Shown here: one piece after another, positions 1 to 5,316 of the stretch
Layout: each line of letters begins with the position of its first letter
Position numbering within the stretch: the first letter of the stretch is position 1
Source of the DNA: Nanobdellota archaeon
Lineage (GTDB): Archaea > Nanobdellota > Nanobdellia > Nanobdellales > Nanobdellaceae
Assembly (NCBI GenBank): GCA_020697515.1
Contig: JAIXNB010000024.1
Location: forward strand, 1 to 5,657
Reading direction: 5' to 3'
DNA: 5,657 bases
Program-made: the position numbers and the translations under genes
The notes under the pieces: generated by a model
Database searches by the model: none
What the model was told of the DNA's origin: nothing
The model's input: the letters and a program-made list of their open reading frames with translations, nothing else

Positions 1-19
1 ATAAAGGCATGTTGATTAA

Positions 20-748
20 ATGCCTTATTTATTAGCAGATACTCATGTTAAGACAAATGAACAATATCAAATCCTGATAAGATGGGTACATAAATTAGCA
101 GAGGATGATGACGTCATATTACTTGGCGACATTTTAGACTTTACCAAAACCCCATTTATGGAACTAGAATATGTTGTTAGCGACTTCGATCATCCCCATA
201 TTTATTATATCTATGGAAATCATGACATTATTACTAAAGAACTTGGTTTCAAATGTTATGACCAATTAAAATATGATGGCATTTTATTTGAGCATGGGCA
301 TAGATTTGAAGCATTACTGAGATCAACCGGATTCATAACGCCTGAAGAATATAATGAAATGTATAAACGTGTATGTTACGAACTCAATACTGATAATATT
401 CTGGCTAAAATCAGTTTGCGCATCCGGAGATCTATTATACATGTGAAGCGTAACTTTAATAGACGATCCATGTCCCGTGAGCTATTTAAACATATATCAA
501 AAATTAGAAACATTGTTGTTGGACATACACATTATGAACTGTATTCAAAGACAAAAAGGGTGTTAATTTGTGATGATGCAAAAATCCCTGATTTACAAAT
601 CTCCGGAAAAACAACTACAAAAAATAAGCCGATAGGATATTACTTGCGAACGGATACCTTTGACATAGAAAAATTTGAACTCAATACCAGATCAGATATA
701 CGTCCGGCACTTAACGCCAAAAGGAAGTGTTTGCACAGCAAGTCTTAA
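20..748 (+). CDS. Metallophosphoesterase (calcineurin-like fold; LpxH/COG2908-like motif layout), substrate unknown
   Basis: 729-nt ORF. The ATG at 20 directly follows an in-frame TAA (17-19), so no longer start is possible. All five metallophosphoesterase blocks occur in order: D7-x-H9 (LLADTHV), G36-D37-x-x-D40 (LLGDILDF), G66-N-H-D69 (IYGNHD), H92/H94 (FEHGH), G168-H-x-H171 (VVGHTHY). Subfamily and substrate are inference only. Confidence 0.8.
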   Translation: MPYLLADTHVKTNEQYQILIRWVHKLAEDDDVILLGDILDFTKTPFMELEYVVSDFDHPHIYYIYGNHDIITKELGFKCYDQLKYDGILFEHGHRFEALLRSTGFITPEEYNEMYKRVCYELNTDNILAKISLRIRRSIIHVKRNFNRRSMSRELFKHISKIRNIVVGHTHYELYSKTKRVLICDDAKIPDLQISGKTTTKNKPIGYYLRTDTFDIEKFELNTRSDIRPALNAKRKCLHSKS

Positions 749-800
749 TACCAAAGAGTTGTATAGCAGTGGATATATAAAAATTGCTCAAAACTAACTG

Positions 801-808
801 ATATATTA
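801..808 (+). promoter_or_regulatory. TATA-box-like element (ATATATTA) for the radical SAM gene; implies a leaderless or near-leaderless mRNA
   Basis: The A/T 8-mer is centred ~27 nt upstream of ATG 832. No purine-rich SD lies between it and the ATG (gttctacagaaATG). Three other genes in the window show the same geometry. The background is AT-rich, so specificity is limited. Confidence 0.35.
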
Positions 809-831
809 ATGCTATTAGTAGTTCTACAGAA

Positions 832-1917
832 ATGATTTGGTATAAATACAGACCGGATGCTCTATATGCTCTAGAAGATCCAAAAATACGGGAAACTATA
901 AGAAGATATGTTTCAATATTAGAAGAAGAAACTTTACCCGAATTTATTCTAGCTAAGTGCTTTGAAGTAGAGTTCAATCCAAAAGAAAATATAGAAGATC
1001 TAATAGACATTCATGATAGTTACCTTCAAGAGTTTATGAAATTTGTAGAAGAGTATGATAATGAAAAGTTCCAGCTAAGGAAACTAAAATATAGTTTTTT
1101 AGACTTAAAGATAACTATAGCTGACAAGCTTACTGAAAGCTGTGAGTTTTGCGAATGGAGATGCAAAGTTAATAGAAAAGCTGGAGAAAAAGGATTTTGC
1201 AGAGTTAGATATAAGCCTAAAATATCATCAATGTTTATCCATTTAGGAGAAGAATCTTGGATAACTCCATCTTTTACAGTATTCTTTGCAGGCTGCAACT
1301 TCAAATGTATTTATTGTCAAAATTGGGATATATCCCAGAATCCTGAAAATGGAAAATATATAGAAGAAGAAAAGCTAGCACTAGAAATAGAAAATGCTTA
1401 TTATGAGGGTGCAAGAAATGTTAATTTTGTTGGCGGAGAACCAACCCCTAACCTTCATCATATTCTAAAAGTATTAAAGTATGTTAATAGTCCTATACCA
1501 GTTGTTTGGAACTCAAATGCATATGAATCTGAAATAGGACAAAAACTTCTAGCAGGGATTGTTGATATATATCTATATGACTTTAAATACGGAAATAATG
1601 ATTGTGCCCTGAGATATTCTAAGATTCCAAGATATTTTGAAACTGTTACAATGAATTTTAAATTTGCTATAAATTATGGAGAAGTATCTTTTAGAGTTTT
1701 AGTTTTACCAAACCATATAGAATGTTGTGTGAAGCCTATACTAAAATGGATTAAGGAGAATCTTGAAGATAGGGTCATAGTTCAGTTGTTGTCTCAATAC
1801 AGACCAAAATATAAAGCTTGTGAATATCCTGAAGTCTGCAGAACTTTAACAAGGAAAGAGTATCTTGAGGTAGTAAGATATGCTGAAAAAATAGGTTTAG
1901 TATTTGAAACACAATAA
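832..1917 (+). CDS. Radical SAM enzyme, pyruvate formate-lyase-activase-like (PflX/COG1313-type), physiological substrate unknown
   Basis: 1086-nt ORF. Canonical CxxxCxxC at C155/C159/C162 (AGCNFKCIYCQNW, nt 1294-1317). GGEP motif at residues 201-204 (nt 1432-1443). An upstream Cys cluster, C104-x2-C107-x3-C111-x11-C123 (CEFCEWRCKVNRKAGEKGFC, nt 1141-1200), is typical of the PflX branch as I recall it. Confidence 0.85.
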   Translation: MIWYKYRPDALYALEDPKIRETIRRYVSILEEETLPEFILAKCFEVEFNPKENIEDLIDIHDSYLQEFMKFVEEYDNEKFQLRKLKYSFLDLKITIADKLTESCEFCEWRCKVNRKAGEKGFCRVRYKPKISSMFIHLGEESWITPSFTVFFAGCNFKCIYCQNWDISQNPENGKYIEEEKLALEIENAYYEGARNVNFVGGEPTPNLHHILKVLKYVNSPIPVVWNSNAYESEIGQKLLAGIVDIYLYDFKYGNNDCALRYSKIPRYFETVTMNFKFAINYGEVSFRVLVLPNHIECCVKPILKWIKENLEDRVIVQLLSQYRPKYKACEYPEVCRTLTRKEYLEVVRYAEKIGLVFETQ

Positions 1918-1936
1918 GGAGTCACAAAGCTTGGTA

Positions 1937-1961
1937 AAATATTCACAAATAGTGAATATTT
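1937..1961. repeat. Perfect 10-bp inverted repeat (AAATATTCAC / GTGAATATTT) with a 5-nt loop, 20 nt after the radical SAM stop
   Basis: Read directly: arms 1937-1946 and 1952-1961, loop AAATA. The stem is AT-rich and no long T-run follows. It could be a 3'-end hairpin or a protein-binding palindrome. Function unknown. Confidence 0.4.
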
Positions 1962-2340
1962 AATGATAATATAGAAAGAACTCTAATCCTATTTTCAATA
2001 GAAAAATAAAAAGCTGAGGGATATAATAAAGGCAAAAAACACTTAACGTTTGAAGAAATAGAGAAAAAATCATTAAAATAACGTAGAAAGTTATTAGAAA
2101 AGGAAGTATGAAAGTGTATATTGATGTTAATGTTCTATATTATTTTTTGACAGATCTTTCAGGAATGAAGTTTGTGTAATATGGAATGGGAAAATTCCTC
2201 AAGGTAAGTAATTATTATTACCCATTTTTTAAATACGCCTTAGGAAAAACAGAAAAGCAAAATTTCATACCGTTTCTTATAATATTTTAATTTAGATTTT
2301 TTATTTTTATTTGTATAATCTTACTTAGTTATATCTTTAA

Positions 2341-2924
2341 TCATATCCAGTCTCCCCCTATAGTTTTTGGATCTATTATGTCTTCTTGTAAATATACTAA
2401 AAGTGTATCTTCTAGATTATAAAGTAAATTTCCATATTTTTCTTTCCTATTATAAACCTTAATACCACATAAATCTCTATATATAGCTCCGATAATCATA
2501 CCTTGACTAAACATTCTAGTTGTTATGGTCTTGTTATAATAAAATTGGTAGAGTTGTACAACCACCATTTACCGTTAATATATATTAAGTTGGTTGGATG
2601 TTCTTCAAGCACTCTTTCTTTTTTGGGATCTTGAAAAACAGAATCAACGCTTATAGAATCTACTATAACTGTTGGATAACTCATCTTTCTAAATATTGCA
2701 GCAGTTAAGAATGTATATTCGGAACACTCGCCAAACACTCTGTTATCTTCCACAAACTTCACTGAAAAATAATAATTTACATCAACCTGTACTCTTTTAA
2801 AATATTTTCTTATCCCTTTTGCAACCTTCCAAATATTGTCTTTATGTTCTTTTGCAATCTTTGCAACCAATTTATTTTTATATGGTTCTGTTATTGGGTC
2901 GAATGTTAAAAAAGTCTAGATCAT
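2341..2924 (-). pseudogene. Transglutaminase-like / papain-fold cysteine peptidase domain gene, apparently disrupted by a frameshift and possibly a premature TAG
   Basis: Two overlapping minus-strand ORFs (2523-2870 and 2341-2568) are in different frames. The upstream ORF carries G-E-C49-S-E-Y..AAIFRK (Cys motif), H91 42 residues later, and W-L-Y-N106-S-T-N 15 residues after that. This matches transglutaminase-core spacing (GxCxxF/Y ... H ... W..D-P-T-N) with N in place of D. A 1-nt shift at the TTTT run inside 2526-2568 joins ..NGKWWLYNSTNF to YYNKTITTRMFSQG..GGDWI, giving ~175 aa. The track's start at 2870 is TTG. 54 nt upstream, ATG-ATC-TAG (2924-2916) is in the same frame. Confidence 0.45.
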
Positions 2925-3294
2925 TTTTCAAGAATTTTATCTGTTCACTCAGTTTCAGAGAGTATTTCATAAAATTATAGTAAAAACAGTTATATTTTAT
3001 ATGCCTTTAGAGCTTCGGACTAGATGTATTTATATCACTGAGAGCATTACCAAACCAATAGTCTCAATCAGTATGAGTATTGTCCAAACCTTCCCTGCCA
3101 TCAACCCAATTATTATTCTTTCTAAGTTAGATAACCTTTTTTGGCTTATCCAACTTAACTGATTGCCAACCAGAAGAGGGATAACTTTAAGATCTAAGAA
3201 AGTTAGATAGATAGTTAAAACACTAGAGCCTTTTTTATATTATTAATAAAAACATTTTTCAGTTATTTATTATGAGGAAGATAAGTAAGAGTTC

Positions 3295-3339
3295 GATGAA
3301 CACTCGTATCGATAACAGATATTCACCTCAGTGTTCATC
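3295..3339. repeat. Perfect 10-bp inverted repeat (GATGAACACT / AGTGTTCATC) with a 25-nt loop, inside the GC-enriched non-coding gap
   Basis: Arms are 3295-3304 and 3330-3339. The loop can form a nested 5-bp helix (GTATC 3306-3310 with GATAT 3318-3322, one G-U pair). Local GC is 27/60 for 3301-3360. Function unknown. Confidence 0.4.
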
Positions 3340-3467
3340 AACCTCTGTCTCCCTCTAGGTTAATAGAGAGTATATTACAGGCCTTACATTTGCAAGGCAA
3401 CTTTGTTTACTCATAAAAACGTATAAATATTCCCTGAGAGGTTAGTTGACAAGGCCAAATAATTAGG

Positions 3468-4334
3468 CTACCTGTAGTCAAAACTTATACTGACAGGATC
3501 ACTATTTTCATAATATATCTCACAGACATACGATCCTTTTGCTTTAAGTGTAAGGTTATATTTTCCTTGAGAAAAAACCGGATGAGAAAAATAAACTATT
3601 CCTCTATTATTTTTTATAGTATTATAATAATATCTTTTTGAAAAATCAATTGTATAGTTTTCAGGTGTAATCATAACACTTTCGATAACAACCTCATATG
3701 GCAATGCACCATCATTAGTTCCCAATTTTAAGGTTAGGTTCACAAATCCAGTTATTTTACTTAAATTAAACTCAACATCTATCCCAAATATTGAGGATAT
3801 TATCTTAAGCTCTTCTTTCTCTTGAGGAGATAATTTGGAAATTTTCATATCTAATACCTCTAATAATATCTTTGAAGGCCTATTAATATAAAAGATAGCA
3901 GTCTCTTGGGTATCGTTAACATTAACAACAACAATATAAGTTCCGGGAGTTTCAGTTTTAGAAAAATTGGTAGAATATCTGAAAAGAACATCTATATTTT
4001 CTAACACTTCTTTTGAATTCCGAATATTTATAGGATGTACGGGAAGATGTGTATTTTCTGTAAAATGTAATGTATACTCTCTATTTTTAGGATCTATTAC
4101 CTTACCGGTTATATTTAATCCCGCAATCGGAACTCTTATATACTCTCCTACTCTTTCGGCAACTGCTACCCATATTTTTATAGGATCTGATCTTTTTTCT
4201 ACACTTATATAAATAGAAATCTTTTTCTTTTCATTTTCACCCAGCTGAATAAAAACAAAGATAGCTAAAAGCAAAATCAGAGTAATCAGAGTAAAAATAA
4301 TCAGAGTAAAAATACCAATAAAACTTTTTTTCAT
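3468..4334 (-). CDS. Hypothetical membrane-anchored or secreted surface protein (N-terminal hydrophobic anchor, beta-rich ectodomain, likely N-glycosylated)
   Basis: 867-nt ORF. The N-terminus is MKK followed by a ~27-residue hydrophobic run (FIGIFTLIIFTLITLILLLAIFVFI). The remainder is rich in V/I/Y/T/N, with seven N-x-S/T sequons (NIT, NFS, NDT, NLS, NLT, NYT, NLT). A TATA-like element lies at -27. I recognised no family motif. Confidence 0.75.
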   Translation of the reverse strand: MKKSFIGIFTLIIFTLITLILLLAIFVFIQLGENEKKKISIYISVEKRSDPIKIWVAVAERVGEYIRVPIAGLNITGKVIDPKNREYTLHFTENTHLPVHPINIRNSKEVLENIDVLFRYSTNFSKTETPGTYIVVVNVNDTQETAIFYINRPSKILLEVLDMKISKLSPQEKEELKIISSIFGIDVEFNLSKITGFVNLTLKLGTNDGALPYEVVIESVMITPENYTIDFSKRYYYNTIKNNRGIVYFSHPVFSQGKYNLTLKAKGSYVCEIYYENSDPVSISFDYR

Positions 4335-4356
4335 AAATTATTAATTAGTTATTTTA

Positions 4357-4364
4357 TATTTATA
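4357..4364 (-). promoter_or_regulatory. TATA-box-like element (TATAAATA on the minus strand) for the surface-protein gene
   Basis: Plus-strand tatttata at 4357-4364 is TATAAATA on the minus strand. It is centred ~26-27 nt upstream of the ATG at 4334. No SD is present. Confidence 0.35.
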
Positions 4365-4582
4365 TTTTTTATTTGGAAATTAGAAGGATTTAAATTTGTA
4401 TATATTAGATTTCAAACAAGTTGAAATAGTTTTACCATATTAAACAGAGTTAAAAAATTATGATAGCTGAACATTAAAATATTACGAGCCTCCAAAAAGT
4501 ATAAAAATAAGAATCTAAAGGTTTATTAATGGTATTGATGGGAAATTATTTAAATTGTGTGACATAACTTCTCGATTGAACG

Positions 4583-4590
4583 TTTAAATA
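4583..4590 (+). promoter_or_regulatory. TATA-box-like element (TTTAAATA) for the second metallophosphoesterase gene
   Basis: Centred ~28 nt upstream of ATG 4615. This is a close match to the archaeal TATA consensus (TTTAWATA). No SD is present. Confidence 0.4.
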
Positions 4591-4614
4591 ATCCAAAAGT
4601 ATGGATTCGATAAT

Positions 4615-5247
4615 ATGGCTAAACTATTAATCTCAGCGGATTTACATAATGATCCATCATTATTAAAAAAAATAATTGAATCTATTAAAAAAGAAAAACC
4701 AGATTTTCTTGTTCTCTTAGGAGACCTTGGAGAGTTCGGAGAACTCCCAACAGGTCTATTCAAAAAATTATTAAAATATATGCCTTCATATAGGATTATT
4801 GTCTTGCCGGGCAATCATGAAACACCAGAAACAATAGAATTTTGGGAAAAGATATACAAAGTTAGGGTTCTACATAAAAAAACCTTTGAATTTTACGACT
4901 TATTATTTGCCGGGATAGGTGGAGGAGATGTTCCATTATTCATGATCTCTGAAGAAGAAATCAAAGAATTCTTAAACTATGTAAAAGAAAAAATCAAAGA
5001 TAAAAAGTTAATACTTTTAACCCACCTACATCCAAAGTATACAAAGTCTAGTATGGTAGGTGGAGGTAGCAAAGCCTTACACACTTTTATAACATACTAC
5101 ACTCCCTCTCTAGTAGCCCATGGACACATTCATGAGGCGGGTGGTTTAGAAGAAATTATAAATAAAACAAAAGTTTTAAATGCTGCTAGGAGCATATTCC
5201 TTGTAGAGATACTAAACGACAATATAAAAATAAAACGGTTTGCGTAA
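4615..5247 (+). CDS. Metallophosphoesterase (short ~210-aa archaeal Icc-related / COG2129-like type), substrate unknown
   Basis: 633-nt ORF. Motifs in order: D9-x-H11 (ISADLHND), G36-D37 (VLLGDLGEFG), G66-N-H-E69 (LPGNHET), H137/H139 (LLTHLHP), G170-H-x-H173 (VAHGHIHEAGG). Outside the catalytic blocks it does not resemble the 20-748 protein. Confidence 0.8.
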   Translation: MAKLLISADLHNDPSLLKKIIESIKKEKPDFLVLLGDLGEFGELPTGLFKKLLKYMPSYRIIVLPGNHETPETIEFWEKIYKVRVLHKKTFEFYDLLFAGIGGGDVPLFMISEEEIKEFLNYVKEKIKDKKLILLTHLHPKYTKSSMVGGGSKALHTFITYYTPSLVAHGHIHEAGGLEEIINKTKVLNAARSIFLVEILNDNIKIKRFA

Positions 5248-5249
5248 TA

Positions 5250-5255
5250 TTTTTT
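5250..5255 (+). terminator. Oligo-T (T6) run 3 nt after the stop codon; candidate archaeal transcription termination signal
   Basis: The sequence is gcgTAAtaTTTTTTaaat. Archaeal RNA polymerase terminates at oligo-T tracts. Such runs are also common by chance in AT-rich DNA. Confidence 0.3.
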
Positions 5256-5286
5256 AAATAATATATTAAATAGATTTTTGTAGATC

Positions 5287-5294
5287 ATTTTTAT
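5287..5294 (+). promoter_or_regulatory. TATA-box-like element (ATTTTTAT) for the ribonucleotide reductase gene
   Basis: Centred ~26-27 nt upstream of ATG 5317, the same geometry as the other genes. Weaker consensus match. Confidence 0.3.
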
Positions 5295-5316
5295 CGTTTT
5301 CTGGTTTTTGTATATA

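Noticed and set aside
711-1010. 99-aa minus-strand ORF from the track
   Set aside because: It lies mostly antisense to the motif-rich radical SAM gene, overlaps the end of the first phosphoesterase gene, and crosses the promoter spacer. Its composition is low-complexity S/I/L-rich, typical of shadow ORFs in AT-rich DNA. It has no motifs.
1026-1304. 92-aa minus-strand ORF from the track
   Set aside because: It lies entirely antisense within the radical SAM CDS, including the Cys-cluster region. It is a shadow ORF.
2526-2568. Programmed -1 ribosomal frameshift joining the two transglutaminase-like ORFs
   Set aside because: The overlap has no canonical X-XXY-YYZ slippery heptamer in the zero frame (ACC AAT TTT ATT) and no obvious downstream stimulatory structure. 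The extra in-frame TAG upstream also fits decay. A pseudogene or homopolymer error is more parsimonious.
3291-3297. GTTCGAT resembling a tRNA T-loop (also GGGTCGAAT at 2896-2904)
   Set aside because: No complementary T-stem arms, acceptor stem or anticodon arm can be drawn around either site, so neither is a tRNA.
3259-3345. Possible C/D-box sRNA on the minus strand (UGAUGA at 3340-3335, CUGA at 3262-3259)
   Set aside because: A CUGA follows the C-box after only 3 nt. The next candidate D-box gives an ~82-nt unit. There is no C'/D' pair and no ~12-nt guide spacing, and the terminal stem is absent. This does not fit archaeal C/D sRNA architecture.
3272-3358. 28-codon plus-strand ORF (MRKISKSSMNTRIDNRYSPQCSSTSVSL) and a 22-codon minus-strand ORF overlapping the 3295-3339 hairpin
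   Set aside because: Both are tiny and low-complexity. They lie on opposite strands of the same palindrome, which by symmetry tends to leave both strands open. There is no start-context or motif support beyond generic AT-rich upstream sequence.
3967-4212. 81-aa plus-strand ORF from the track
   Set aside because: It lies entirely antisense inside the 288-aa surface-protein gene, which has a proper start, a TATA-like element and a signal anchor. It has no independent support.
4584-4814. 76-aa minus-strand ORF from the track
   Set aside because: It is antisense to the 5' third of the second metallophosphoesterase, whose catalytic motifs occupy this stretch. It would also run through that gene's TATA element.
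20-5247. The two metallophosphoesterase genes as a duplicated or paralogous pair forming a system
   Set aside because: They share only the universal catalytic blocks. They differ in length and inter-motif regions, lie 3.9 kb apart, and each has its own promoter-like element. Nothing in the sequence links them functionally.
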